A stretch of 64,000 nt of DNA from an uncultured Chloroflexia bacterium (GCA_963829155.1 CAWHIA010000012.1:70831-134830); one strand, 5' to 3'; positions 37,832-49,540 are shown, counted from the first letter of the stretch. Translations and numbers: made by a program. The notes: a model not told the origin generated them from the letters alone.

Positions 37832-39080
37832 ATGGACGCGTTTGCTCGGTTCGCCCAGCCATGGATCGATCGCGCCGCGCGGATCGGGGCCGATCCGCGG
37901 GACGACGACGAGGCGCGGTTGCGCAAGGCGCTGCTCGTGCTCGTCTGCGTCCTGATCCTCCCGATCTCACTCGCCTGGGGCGCGATCTACCTCGCGCTCG
38001 GGGCCATGGCGGGCCTCGTCGCCTGGTTGTACCTCGCGATCTCGGTCGTGGCGATCGCGATGTTCTCGCGCAATCGCGACACGGAGCGGTTCCTCCGGAT
38101 CGAGCTGCTCGACATCCTGCTCGCCCCGACGATCTCGATGGCGTTCGTCGGCGGCTTCACCGGCTCGGGCGCGGTGGGGCTGTGGGGCATCCTGGCTCCG
38201 CTCGGGGCCCTGGTGTTCAACGGCGCGCGTTCCGGCGTGCGCTGGTTCGTCGCGTTCCTGGCGATGTTCCTGGTGTCCGGGATCGTAGGTCAGGTGACCG
38301 GCAGCGGGCCGACCTTTCCGGCCTGGTTCGCGCCGACGATGATCGCGCTCAACGTCACCTTCGCGGGCACGGTCGTGTTCGGGCTCCTCGCCCAGTTCGT
38401 GCGCCAGCGCGAGGAGGCGCTCGCGGCGCTGAGGGTCGAGCAGGACCGGGCCGAGAGCCTGCTCCTGAACATCCTGCCCCGCTCGATCGCCGACAAGCTC
38501 AAGGCCGACGCCGGCACGATCGCTGACCAGTTCGCGTCGGCGTCGATCCTGTTCGCCGACGTGGTCGACTTCACGCCACTCTCGAACCGCCTGCAGCCGG
38601 CCGAGGTCGTCGGCATCCTCGACCACCTGTTCACGCACTTCGACGTCCTCGCCGATCGATACGCGGTCGAGAAGATCAAGACGATCGGCGACTGCTACAT
38701 GGTCGCCGCGGGCGTGCCGTCGCCTCGCGCGGACCATGCGCAGGTCATGGCGCGCATGGCCATCGACATGCGCGACGCGATGCACGCGCAGGACGCCGTC
38801 GGCCACCTGGGTCTCGAGATCCGGATCGGGATCAACTCGGGGCCGGTCGTCGCCGGCGTCATCGGACGCAAGCGCTTCCTGTACGACCTGTGGGGCGACG
38901 CGGTGAACACGGCGAGCCGGATGGAATCCCACGGCACGCCGGGACACATCCAGGTCACGCGGGCGACCTACGAGCTGCTCCGGGACGAGTTCGAGCTGGA
39001 GCGGCGGGGCACGATCCCGATCAAGGGCAAGGGCGACGTCGAGACCTGGTACCTGGTCGGCGGTCGCGAGTCCCGGTTGA
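37832..39080 (+). pseudogene. 6-TM class III adenylate cyclase; in the raw sequence its stop is missing and it reads through into the next gene
   Basis: The sequence reads MDAFARF..., six TM helices, RVEQDRAESLLLNILP, ILFADVVDFTPLS, KTIGDCYMVAAG, IGINSGPVVAGVIG, WGDAVNTASRMES and KGKGDVETWYLVGG. Removing one C from the CCC run at 39072-39074 gives ...GGRESG and a TGA at 39078-39080. Confidence 0.8.
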
Positions 39081-39085
39081 ACGTC

Positions 39086-40251
39086 GTGAGTGGGCCTGCT
39101 CGGCTGACGTGGGACGGGGTGGTCGCGCGCCGGCTCGAACGCCAGGCCCTGGCCGAGCCGACGACGGACCTCGACCCGGCGGGCGTCGCGAGCCTGCTGT
39201 GCGGCGTGCACGCGCAGGTCCTCGTGGCCGCCGAGCTCGCCATCGGCCGGCGCATCGCCGGCGCGACCCGGAGCGACGTCCAGCGGGCGCTGTGGGAGGA
39301 ACGGTCGCTCGTCAAGACGTTCGGACCGCGCGGCACCGTCCACCTGTTGGCGACCTCCGACCTGCCGATGTGGACCGGCGCGTTCTCGGCGTTGCCGGTT
39401 GCCGTGCCGCACCACCCCGATCCCGTTCGGTTCAGCGCCGACGAGGCCGACGCAGTGATCGCGGCGATGGGCGACGGCCTTGCGGGACGCCGAGCTCACG
39501 GTCGACGAGCTGACGGACGCCATCCGGGAACGCACCGGGGAATGGGCGGTCGAGCGGACGATGGACGCGTTCCAGGACAAGTGGCCCCGGTGGCGGCAGC
39601 TGACGAGCACGGCGGCCCAGCGCGGCGTGCTGTGCTTCGGGCGGAACAAGGGCCGGAACGTGACCTACACCAACCCGCACCGCTGGCTGGCGGGCTTCCG
39701 GCCTGCCGAACCATCCGACGCTCTCCAACAGCTGGTCCACCGCTACCTCCATGCGTTCGGACCGGCCTCGCCCGAGCACTTCGCGCGGTGGCTCGGCATC
39801 CCGCCACGCGCCGCCCGGCTGGCGTTCGAGACGCTGGGCGACGCGCTCGAGGCGGTCGACGTGGACGGCGAGCGCGCCTGGGTGGCGGCGGGCGACACGG
39901 CGGTCCCATCGAGGCCCGCCGAAGGTGTCCGCCTGCTCCCCTACTTCGACGCCTACGTGGTGGCCGGTCAGCCTCGGGCACGCCTGTTTCCGGGCCCGGC
40001 GGCGAGACGCGCGCTGACCCCGTCGGGCCAGGCGGGAAACTACCCGGTCCTGCTGGTCGACGGCGTGGTCGGCGGGGTCTGGCACCAGCGGCGATCGGGC
40101 AGGCGGGTGCGTCATCACGGTCGAGCCGCTCGTCGACCTCACGGCGGCCCAACGCCGCGGGCTCGAGGCGGAGGCGGCGCTCGTCGCCACGGTCCTCGAA
40201 GGCGAGCCGGAGCTGACGATCGGAACGGTGACGGTCGGCGCGCACGCCTGA
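39086..40251 (+). pseudogene. winged-helix DNA-binding protein of the YcaQ/AlkZ-like (DUF1006) family, with two +1 frameshifts near 39481 and 40110
   Basis: The first piece reads VSGPARLTWDGVVARRLERQAL...LLCGVHAQV...LWEERSLVKTFGPRGTVHLL. The second reads RDAELTVDELTDAI...YLHAFGPASPEHFARWLG...LLPYFDAYVV...YPVLLVDGVVGGVWHQRR. The third reads ITVEPLVDLTAAQRRGLEAEAALVATVLEG...VGAHA and ends at the stop 40249-40251. Confidence 0.75.
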
Positions 40252-40284
40252 GACGCGCCGTCTGCGGGCCGCCGGATCAACCGA

Positions 40285-43200
40285 TCAGGCGATCGAGGGC
40301 TCGACGCCTGCTCGGGCGAGGTTCGCGTCGATCTCGACGACTACGGCGGCCAGGCCGAGAGCCGACGCGAGCTGTCGGCCGGCTTGGAGGTGCTCGACGG
40401 CGGCGGCGACCTCACCGTGGTCGACCAAGCAGCGACCGAGCCAGCCTCGGACCAGGCCCGCGGGCGTGTCCCACCCGTACTCGGCGAAGGTGCGCCACGC
40501 ACGCTCGTAGCGGTCACGAGCGATCTCCAGGTCTCCGTCCGACTCGGCCAGCCGACCGGACACGGCATCGTCGGTAGCACGCTCGAGCGTGATGGCATCC
40601 GGGCTGGCGTTGTGGTGCGTCGCCGCGTCGGCGCGGTAGGCTGCCGCCGCCCGCTCGGCCAGGGCACGGTCACCGGCGACGAGGCAGCGATCGACGAACA
40701 TCCACGGCACTTCGACCTCGAAGCCCGCATCGAGGAAGGCCGTCAGCAACGATCGAGTCGCCGCGTGGTCGCCTTTGGCGAATGCCGCCTCGGCCAGCGT
40801 CCACTCCATGCCTGCCCCGGGCCCCAGTCCTGTCCCGAGCCCCAGGGCGTCCCAGTCGGCGGTGAGCTTGTCGAGTGGGCCGACCGGCTCGCCGCGGGCG
40901 GCTCGGATCTCTACGAGCACCGTCCCGGCCTGGCACTCCGTGAAGACGTCACCGGTCTCGCGCGCCTTGGCGATGAGCGTTTCGAGATCGTCGATGACCC
41001 CTGCCGAGCGACCGAGGTAGTTGAACGAGGTAAATGCCCGGCTGTTGTACGTGCTGAGGTTCGTGATCCCATGGGTCCGGTCGAAGTCGATGGCGTCGTT
41101 GATGACGTCGAGCCACGCGGTCGCTCGTCCGCGGAAATGCACGGCGAAGTTGTACCGACACCTGGAAGACAGTCGAAGGTTGCCGGTGGCGTCGGCGATC
41201 TCGATCGCGCGGACGTAGTTCGCGTCCCCACCAATGGCCAGGAGGGCCCGTGGTGGCGGCAGGATCCCCAGCGCCTCGGACAGGTCGACGATCTGCCGGC
41301 CGAGCGCCTCCGCCGCGCGCGGTCTGCCGGCCCGCACGAACATCATCGCCTGCTCCGCCATGACCTCGAGCAGCGTGGGTCCGGGCTGGTCCGCGAGGGC
41401 GCCTCGTGCTTCGTCGAGGATGGTGGTTGCCCGCAGCGCATCACCGGTTTCCAGGAGGGCACTGGAGAGTGGCACGGCGAGCGACGCCGCGGCAGGCGCG
41501 CCACCCTTGCTCAGCAGGAGCGATCGTGCGTCCTCGAGAGACTGACGCGCCTCCGGGTAGTGGCCGCCATCCAGGAGGGCGAGCCCGTGCGTCGTCAGGA
41601 CTTCGACGCGGCGGGGATCGTCGGGACCGACCAGGTCGAGCGCCCGGTGAGCATGCATCGCCGCCTGCGACGGGGACGTTCCCATCGCGTGGTCCGCGGC
41701 GCCGATCAGCGCATCGACGAGCGGATCGCGAATCGCGTCGAGTTCATCGGGCCGGCCCCGAGGGCCGTCGCGAGGTCCAGGGCTCGAAGGTAGTGCTCGG
41801 CGACGATCTCGGCGGTCCTGCCGTTGACCCCGCCGGATCGTGCCGCGATCCAGGCGGCCGCCGCGCGGTGCTTCGCCACCCGAGCGGCTCGCGGGAGCGC
41901 GCCATACGCGACGTCGCGAACGAGCGCGTGCCAGAACGCGTACTCGGCCTCGCCTTCCATCGACGTCGGGAAGGCGGGTCGGGCCAGCTCCCGGCGCGAC
42001 AGGTCGGTGAGCGCCGGATCGAGGGTCGCCGGATCCCGCGCCCCGAGCGTGGCGACCGCGCCCGACCAGAAGGTCCGGCCGATGACCGAGGCATCGAGGA
42101 GGACCGGCTTGAGCTCCGGCGGGAGGGCATCGATCCGGGCCGTCAGGAGCGCATGGACGTTCGCCGGGATCGCGGACTCGTCGAGCTCGGCCGGGCTGCG
42201 CTACCCGGTCGCTCCCGGAGCATGGCTGCGAGCTGCTCGGCGTAGAGCGGCGAACCGGCCGCCCGCTCGAGGACGCTCTCGAGGAGCTGCCGGCGTCGCT
42301 CCGGGCAGGGCCGCGGTCACGAGCTCGCCGCACCGAGCGATCGGACAGCGAGGCCGAGGGACAGCACGGTCGAACGACGCGCCCGCGCGAGCCAGGACGG
42401 GTGTCGATCCTCGATCTCCGGCCGCGCCGTGACAACGAGCATCAGCGGAAGCCCGGTGCTGTTCCCGGCCAGGTGCACGAGGAAGCGAACGAACGCCTCG
42501 TCCGCCCAGTGCAGGTCCTCGACGATCAGGACCAGTGGCCCGGCGTGCGCGATCCCTTCGAGGAAGCGACGCCAGGCGGCGAAGGTCTCGTCCTCCTGCG
42601 GCGAGCTGGCCGCGACCGAGAGCCCCACGAGCGGGCCGAGCCGGTCCTTCATCCACGCACGGAGGTTCACGTCCGGCTCGGTAAGGACGGCATCCAACTT
42701 GGCGGACAGGGTCGGCTGGTCATCCGTCTCGAGGATCCCGGCGTGGGCGGCGACGATCTCGGCGAGCGCCCAGAACCCGATGCCGTCCCCGTACGGCAGG
42801 CAGCGTCCCGAGCGCCACGTCACGAGGTCCGGGAGGCCGTCGACGTGCCGGCTGAGCTCGCGGACGAGCCGGCTCTTGCCGATCCCGGGGTCCGCCACGA
42901 TCGTGACGACCTCGACCGATGGCGTCGTCCGGGACCGCTCGAAGAGCCGGATGAGGGTCTCGAGCTCCAGCTCGCGGCCGACGAACGGGGTCGTCTCGGC
43001 GATCAGCTCGCCGGTCGCATGGGCGATCGGAGCGAGCGGCTGCCACGCGTGCATCGGTTCCGCGCGGCCCTTGAGGGCGAGGTCACCGAGGTCGTCCCAC
43101 TGGAAGATGCGCGCGGTCGCCTGCTGCGTGGGCTCGGCGACGGCGACGCCGTCGATCGGCGCGACCGACTGCAGGCGAGCGGCGATGTTCAGGGTGTCGC

Positions 43201-43653
43201 CGGTCGCGAAGCCCTCGCCGGAGTCGGGTCGAGGTCGGTCCGGACGAGCGTCTCGCCCGTGCAGATCCCGATCCGCACGTGGAGGTCGAGGTCGGACGCG
43301 CGGACCTCGTCGATGAGCCGCAGCGCCGCTCGGATCGCTCGCTCCGGGTCGTCCTCGTGCGCGGACGGGATGCCGAACACCCCGACGACGGCGTCGCCGA
43401 TGAACTTCTCGACGATTCCCCCGAACGCCTGGATGCGCCGCCGCGCGATCCCGTGGTAGGCGCGGAGCAGCCGGTCGACGTCCTCGGGATCGAGCCGGTC
43501 CGCGAGCTCGGTCGAGCCGACAAGGTCGCAGAAGAGCGCCGTGATGACCTTGCGCTCGCCCATCGGCTGGAGCGCCGCAAGCGACGATCCGCAGCGCATG
43601 CAGAAGCGCGCGTCGTCGGGGTTCGTCGCGCCGCAGGTCGCACAGGCCGCCAT
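40285..43653 (-). pseudogene. zinc-ribbon, class III cyclase, AAA/STAND ATPase and TPR giant regulator, with at least 7 frame disruptions
   Basis: The zinc ribbon is MAACATCGATNPDDARFCMRCG. The cyclase domain reads ITALFCDLVGST..FIGDAVVGVFG...GDTLNIAARLQ. The P-loop is IVADPGIGKSRL and Walker B is LVLIVEDLHWAD. Further conserved stretches are GSPLYAEQLAAML and AFWHALVRDVAYG, followed by a long TPR-like C-terminus. Frame changes occur near 43225 (-1), 42355, 42334 and 42296 (+1 each), 42190 (-1) and 41750. Confidence 0.8.
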
Positions 43654-43766
43654 TCGCGCAGCGTACGTCGGGTTCGGCGTGCCCACCTGGCCACTTCCGC
43701 GTGTTCTAGGCCGTCAAGGAAGGCGGCGGATCGCGATGGGGCGCCGCTCGGCCCTCAGGGCCGGTG

Positions 43767-45104
43767 TCAGAACTCCGCCGCGTACAGGCGCCAACGGCCG
43801 GGCACGCCTTTCAGGGCACGGCTGCCGCGCTCCGTAAACATCACCCCTGAACCGATGACGAGGTCGCGAACGGTGCTGCTCACCAGCACCTCGTCGGGCC
43901 CGGCGAGCGCGGAAATGCGTGCCGCAACGTGGACAGCCAGCCCGACGATGTCGTCCTCGGTCAGCTCGATTTCCCCGGCGTGCAGGCCGGCACGAACGTG
44001 AAGGTCGAGACTGGGTGCGCCCGGTCGAGATGTCGCGGGAGGCCTCGAGCGCACGACCAGGCCCATCGAAGGTGGCGAGGACCCCGTCGCCGGTCGTCTT
44101 CACCAAGGCGACCGCCCGCTCGCTCGACGCAGGCACGGACGAGCGCGTCATGGCGATCGAGGACCTCGCGCCACGCCCGGTCGCCGACCTCGGCCGCGCG
44201 CTTCGTCGAGCCGACGATGTCCGTGAACAGCACCGTTGCGAGGCGACGATCCGTCGAGCGAACGGGATGTGGCCCCGGCGACGAACGACTCGACCTGCTG
44301 CGACGACGGCCGCCTGGTCGCCCGCCCACATCAGTTGTCGATCCCGGGCAGCTCGACGAACCGGGCACCATCGACCTGCTCGGCGATATACCGGCCGAAG
44401 CGTGGCCCGATCGCGATGGCGTCGGCGTGCGCGATGACGAGGGTCGGGACGTGGATCGCCGACAACACGTGCCGGACGTCCAGGGTCGAGCAGGTTCCCG
44501 ACCATTGCCAGAGCGACACCGGGGCTCGCCGCGAATCGCTCGTAGCGCGCCCAGGAGTCTCGCACGCCGGGTACAGCCGCGCATGCTCGGCGCGAAGCCA
44601 TCGAGCATCACGCCCCGACCCCAGCCCGCCTCCGTCTGCTCGAGCCGCCGGTTGATCTCGGCCGGCGACAGACCGATCGGATAATCGTCGGTCCTCGCGG
44701 AGACGTGCCCAGCCGTCGACGACGATCAAGGCGCGGAGCCGGTCTGGATGCGTCGCGGCGAAGACAAGCCCCATCATCGCGCCGCCGAGGGTCGTGATGA
44801 GCGCCGCTCGATCGCTTCCGGCGGCGTCCATGACCGCGCGAACGTCGTCGATCCACGCCTCGATCGACGGCAGCGACTGGATCGACACCGGATCGGACAT
44901 GCCAACGCCACGCTTGTCGAACGTGATGAGCCGCCCGATCGTCGCCAGGCGTCGCCGGAGCTCCGCGACGGGCGGCACGTCCCACTGGGCTTCCTGGTGG
45001 CTCGTCCACTGGTCCGCCAGGACGAGATCGATCGGCTCCTCGCCGACGATCTGATAGGCGAGGTGCAGGCCATCAACCCGGGCGTACCTCGTCTCGGGTA
45101 CCAC
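43767..45104 (-). pseudogene. alpha/beta-hydrolase plus class III cyclase fusion (LipJ/Rv1900c-like architecture), with at least 8 frame disruptions
   Basis: The hydrolase part reads VVPETRYARVDGLHLAYQIVGEEPIDLVL...ITFDKRGVGMSD...VPTLVIAHADAI...FVELPGIDN. The cyclase part reads RRLATVLFTDIVGSTKRAAEVGDRAWREVLDRHD | [16 protein letters not shown] | [14 protein letters not shown]...[11 protein letters not shown]...[11 protein letters not shown]. The pieces are scattered over all three frames. Confidence 0.75.
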
Positions 45105-45194
45105 CCGCGCAGCATACAGACGTGCGCGGCCGCCTCTGGCTCGGGTCCCGGCCCGGCGGCGCGTCGTCGCGCGACGGGCTACGGTTGGCGAAGC

Positions 45195-46172
45195 ATGAGG
45201 GCCGTCGTCCAGGATCGCTACGGGCCACCGGAGGTGCTCCGGATCGCGGAGGTCGATCGGCCCGTGCCCAAGGACGACGAGGTCCTCATCAGGGTGCGCG
45301 CGGCCACCGTGTCGCAGACCGATGCCCACGCCCGCGCCGCCTCGCCGGTCTTCTGGCGTCTCGCGTTGGGGCTGCGAAAGCCGCGTTGGCGGTCGCTCGG
45401 CGTCGACCTGGCCGGCGAGGTCGAAGCCGTCGGCAGCGCCGTGACCGAGTTCAAGGTCGGCGACGCGGTCTTCGGCGGCCCGTCTACCTACTTCGGCACC
45501 CACGCCGAGTACGTCTGCGTCCGCGAGCGCGGGCCGATCGCGCTCAAGCCGCCCGGCCTCACCTTCGAGGAGGCCGCGGCCGTGACCGACGGCGCGATGC
45601 AGGCGCTCTCGACGCTGCGGCTGGCGAACGCGAGACCCGGTAGCCGGATCGTCATCTACGGCGCGTCGGGCTCGCTCGGCACCGCCGCCGTGCAGCTCGC
45701 CAAGCACTTCGGCGCCCATGTCACCGGCGTCTGCAGCACCAGGCACGTCGAGCTCGTGCGATCGCTCGGCGCCGACGACGTCGTCGACTACCTGCAGGAC
45801 GACTTCACCAGGCGCGGCCAGACGTACGACGCGATCATCGATGCCGTCGGCAAGTACTCGTTCCGGCGGGGTCGACGGGCGCTCAGGCCCGGCGGGATCT
45901 ACGTCGCGACGGATGGCGGACGCTTCCTCGTCGAGACGCTCGCCTTCGTCGTGGCGACTCGCTGGGTGGGCACGAGGCGAGTCCGTGCCGCGATCGGTCG
46001 GCGAAGCAAGGCGGACATCCTGTTCATGAAGGAGCTCATCGAGGCAGGCGAGTTCCGGGCGGTCGTGGATCGGCGCTACCCGATGGAGCAGGTCGCCGAG
46101 GCGCACCGGTATGTGGAGACCTGGCGGAAGGCCGGCAACGTCGTCCTCACGATGACCGACGGCGACGGCTAG
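45195..46172 (+). CDS. NAD(P)-dependent medium-chain dehydrogenase/reductase (quinone-oxidoreductase-like)
   Basis: The sequence reads MRAVVQDRYGPPEVLRIAEVDRPVPKDDEVLIRVRAATV...VGDAVFG...IVIYGASGSLGTAAVQLAKHFGAHVTGVCS. The ORF is intact at 325 aa despite heavily disrupted neighbours. Confidence 0.85.
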   Translation: MRAVVQDRYGPPEVLRIAEVDRPVPKDDEVLIRVRAATVSQTDAHARAASPVFWRLALGLRKPRWRSLGVDLAGEVEAVGSAVTEFKVGDAVFGGPSTYFGTHAEYVCVRERGPIALKPPGLTFEEAAAVTDGAMQALSTLRLANARPGSRIVIYGASGSLGTAAVQLAKHFGAHVTGVCSTRHVELVRSLGADDVVDYLQDDFTRRGQTYDAIIDAVGKYSFRRGRRALRPGGIYVATDGGRFLVETLAFVVATRWVGTRRVRAAIGRRSKADILFMKELIEAGEFRAVVDRRYPMEQVAEAHRYVETWRKAGNVVLTMTDGDG

Positions 46173-46182
46173 GCCACCCGCC

Positions 46183-48201
46183 CTATCCCCGTTTCGCGAG
46201 CGACGCCAGCCAGGCGTCGCGTTCGAGCGGGCTCGGACCCGAGCGGGGGCGCGTCGGCGGGTGCTCGCCGATCGGCTGATAGCCGTCGGGGCGGGACTCG
46301 AGGATCCCCTCCCCCATCGACAGGCCGGGCAGCTGGTGCTGCAGCGAGCGAACGCGAGCGACCGCGCAGCACGGCGCTCGCCTTCGTCACGCCCCCGGCC
46401 GAGAACTGGCCGGTGACCCGGCCGCCGAGCCGCCCGAGCGCCGCCAGCACGCCCGGCGCCGTCGACGCCGGCATCTCGAGCGCGAGGTCCGAGAGCGGTT
46501 CGCACACCCACGTCCCGGCGCGATCGAGCGCGGTCGCCAGGACCAGCTGCGTCAGGCGTCGGAAGTCGGCCGCCGACGTCCCGGGTGCGGAATAGCCGCT
46601 GTCGATCATCGTGACCCGGCAGTCGGTCACCTGCCAGCCCGCCAGGCCCTCGGTCAGCGCCTCGTGGACGTACAGCTCCATCTGGGCCAGGAACGCCTCG
46701 ACCGACTTGAACAGGTAGAGCGGCACGTAGCGCGCCTCGACCTCGCTGCGGAACTCGATCCCCGATCCGAACGGCGCGGGCTCGATCCGCAGGCCGAGCG
46801 TGGCCAGGAACGGGTTCGTGCTCAGCGGCGAGCTCCGGCCGGTGATGTTGGTGTGCGTCTTCGCGTGGATGACCTCCTCGGCCTCGCCCACCCCGGCCGG
46901 GCGCTCGATGCACACCGTGGTCGTCTCGCGGAAGTCGGCGGCGATGCCGTAGTCGCGCTCGAGCGTCGCCTGGATGACCTCCTTCTGGACCTCGCCGTAG
47001 AGCGAGACGGCGATCTCGTGGCGCGTGTCGTCCTGGCGGACGTCGATGAGCGGGTCCTGCTCGGCGAGCTGGCCCAGCGCCGCCCGGAGCGAGCCCTGTT
47101 CCTCGGGCTTTCGCGCGAACACGACCGCCTCGAGGGCCGGCCGCGGGAAGCGCGCGGTCGCCTCGTCGCCGGGCGGCGGGTCGCCGATCGCGTCGCCGAC
47201 CCGGACGGCACCGAGGCCGCTGATCGTGGCCATCTCGCCCGCGGTGAGGACGTCGCGGCGCGGCGCACCGGCCGGGGCGAACACCTTGATCGAGGACGCC
47301 TTCGCCTCGTCGCCCCCGCCGACGCGCACGCGCTGCCGCGGCCGGAGCGTGCCCGCGAACAGGCGCGCATAGGCGACGCGCTCGCCCGAGGCGGTGCGCT
47401 CGATCTTGAACACCCGGCCGGACACCGGCGCGTCCGCGTCGCGCTGCACGCCCGACAGGAGCTCGTCGACGCCGGCCATCAGCTCGTCGACGCCGATCCC
47501 GAGCGCGGCCGAGCCGAAGAAGACCGGATGGACGACGGCCTTGCGCGTCTGCACGGCGAGCTGCTCGCGAAGCCGCGGGTAGCGTCAGCGACGCCTCGTC
47601 CTTCACGAAGGCCCGCAGGATCGCCTCGTCGCGCTCGGCGAGGATCTCCGCGAGCGCGGCGCGGTGATCCGCGTCGTCCTCGTCCGAACGACACGACGGA
47701 CGCCGCCCGCCGGCCGGCCTCCCGGAGCCGCTCCATCGGGACCATCGCCGGGCGCGAGGCGGCGCACCAGCTCGCTCGATGACGCGAGTGTCGATCGGCG
47801 CCGGCGCGATCGATCTTGTTGACGAAGATCAGCGTCGGGACGCGGAGCCGCTGGAGCGCCCGGAACAGCAGCGGCGTCTGCGGCTGGACGCCCTCGACGG
47901 CGGAGACGACGAGGACCGCGCCGTCGAGCACGCCGAGGACGCGTTCGACCTCGGCGATGAAGTCGGGGTGGCCCGGCGTGTCGACCAGGTTGACCGCGAG
48001 GTCGCCGACGAGGAACGAGGCGACGGCGGACCGGATCGTGATGCCGCGTTCGCGCTCGAGCTCGAGCGAGTCGGTCTGGGTGGTGCCGGCGTCGACGCTG
48101 CCGACGTGATCGATGGCGCCTGCGGTGTAGAGGAGCCGTTCGCTGAGGGTGGTCTTACCGGCGTCGACGTGGGCGAGGATTCCGAGATTGAGCGTGCGCA
48201 T
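46183..48201 (-). pseudogene. TetM/TetO/OtrA-like ribosomal-protection-type translational GTPase (EF-G paralogue), with about 6 +1 frameshifts
   Basis: G1 is GILAHVDAGKTT, G2 is ERERGITI, G3 is DTPGHPDF and G4 is FVNKIDRAG. Later stretches are VHPVFFGSAALGIGVDELM and the domain II-V sequence. The C-terminus LQHQLPGLSMGEGILESRPDGYQPIGEHPPTRPRSGPSPLERDAWL ends at the TAG 46183-46185. Frame changes occur near 47793, 47775, 47740, 47690, 47572 and 46370. Confidence 0.8.
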
Positions 48202-48455
48202 GGAGCCTCATGCCTTCCAAGGAGGTACCGACCTTCTGGCTGGACATGGGTGCTCCCATCTCGCTCCTCTCGTTCAATCCCGCGCTGCTGCGGCTGCGCT
48301 TCCTCAGGTTCGCATGCCCGGTCAAGTGGGTCGGCCGATGCAACCGGCGCTGGCCTGGCTCGAGATCGAACCGTTTTCGCGGCGCGTACGCCAAAGGTGT
48401 GAGCGACGCCGCCACCCAGGGACGATCGCGACGCCGCACGGAGAGGGACCGTCAC

Positions 48456-48998
48456 ATGCGATATCGCGCTCTGGCAACGATCCTGTTCGTCATCGTCGGT
48501 CTCGCGCTCATCGGCACGGGCTCGATGGCGGCGGCCAGCCGCGCCGACGAGCTCGCCCCCATCCGGGCGGCGACCGCGGCCTTCCACGATGTCGACGCCG
48601 CCAAGGCTGCCGGCTACCAGCTGGGCTACGTCAACGGCGCCGGCCGATTGATCATCAACGGGTGCATCTCGAACGTCGCGAACCCGGCGGCGGGGGCGAT
48701 GGGCTACCACTACTTCAACAAGGCGCTGATCGACGACATGGTGGTCGACGAGCTGCATCCGGAGGGCCTGGTCTACGGACCGGGTCCGGACGGCACGCTC
48801 CAGCTCGGCGCCGTCGAGTACGTCGTCCCCGGCCCGAACTCCAACCCGGCGGGTCCCGCGCGCGTTCCGTCGGTCCTCGGCGAGCCGATGCACATCCTCG
48901 TGCCGGCCGTCGGCTTCTACATCCGCCACGTGTGGCTGTGGCGCCACAACCCGTCCGGGATGTTCTCCGACTGGAGCCCCGAGGTCTCCTGCCCCTAG
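48456..48998 (+). CDS. secreted hypothetical protein
   Basis: The ATG at 48456 is preceded by GGAGAGGGA. The signal-like N-terminus is MRYRALATILFVIVGLALIGTGSMAAA. The mature part reads AATAAFHDVDAAKAAGYQLGY...GAMGYHYFN...HPEGLVY...LGAVEYVV. Confidence 0.65.
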   Translation: MRYRALATILFVIVGLALIGTGSMAAASRADELAPIRAATAAFHDVDAAKAAGYQLGYVNGAGRLIINGCISNVANPAAGAMGYHYFNKALIDDMVVDELHPEGLVYGPGPDGTLQLGAVEYVVPGPNSNPAGPARVPSVLGEPMHILVPAVGFYIRHVWLWRHNPSGMFSDWSPEVSCP

Positions 48999-49129
48999 CC
49001 GCTGAGCGCCGACGACCGGCCCGGGCACGCGTCGGTTGCCCGGGTCGGCGAGGTGTTCTGCGGGCGTCGCGCATCGCCGCCAGTTGCCGGTGGCGGCGAC
49101 TAGGATGGTCTCCGGACGAGGAGACATCG

Positions 49130-49540
49130 ATGCGCGAACCCGGCCAACCGGTCCTCGACGAGGTCGTCCAGGCGGCCTTGCACGTCGACGGCATCCAATC
49201 GGCGGCGCTGTTCGTGGTCGCCCCGCCGTCGACGTCGCTCGAGCTGGCGGCCGCTGCCGGCATCGCCGGACCCCCGCTCGACGGCCTCGTCGCCGCGGTG
49301 CGCGACCCGGCACACCCGGTCGCCCGCGCGCTGTCCGACGATGGCCCGACGTTCGACGTCCTCCCCATGGCGCCGGGTGGCCCTCGGCTCCGGAGCCACC
49401 TCCCGCTCCAGGTCGATCGCGATGGCCGGCCCGAGGCCGTCGGCGTGCTCGCCCTCGCGCACGATGCGCCCCTGGACGAGGGTCGCCGCGCCGAGCTGAT
49501 CGCGCTCGCCGGGACCGCCGCGGCGGCCGTTCGCCGCTGA
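49130..49540 (+). CDS. small GAF-like domain protein (hypothetical)
   Basis: The ATG at 49130 is preceded by GAGGAG. The sequence reads LDEVVQAALHVDGIQSAALFVV...LELAAAAGI...HPVARAL...LPLQVDRDGRPEAVGVLALAHD. The GAF call is by pattern only. Confidence 0.5.
   Translation: MREPGQPVLDEVVQAALHVDGIQSAALFVVAPPSTSLELAAAAGIAGPPLDGLVAAVRDPAHPVARALSDDGPTFDVLPMAPGGPRLRSHLPLQVDRDGRPEAVGVLALAHDAPLDEGRRAELIALAGTAAAAVRR

Noticed and set aside
37163-40216. The 1017-aa ORF as a genuine GNAT-antisense/cyclase/YcaQ mega-protein.
   Set aside because: Its first ~220 codons are antisense to the well-supported GNAT gene and are Arg-rich. The cyclase has its own ATG (37832). The cyclase-YcaQ junction is explained by one inserted base that removes a TGA.
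48202-48300. A possible leader peptide or attenuator upstream of the TetM/OtrA-like GTPase. A Shine-Dalgarno-preceded minus-strand uORF (MGAPMSSQKVGTSLEGMRLHAHAQ…) overlaps the gene start.
   Set aside because: The uORF overlaps the GTPase start out of frame. I could not find a terminator/antiterminator pair. The region is also the divergent promoter for 48456..48998. The evidence is too weak to call.
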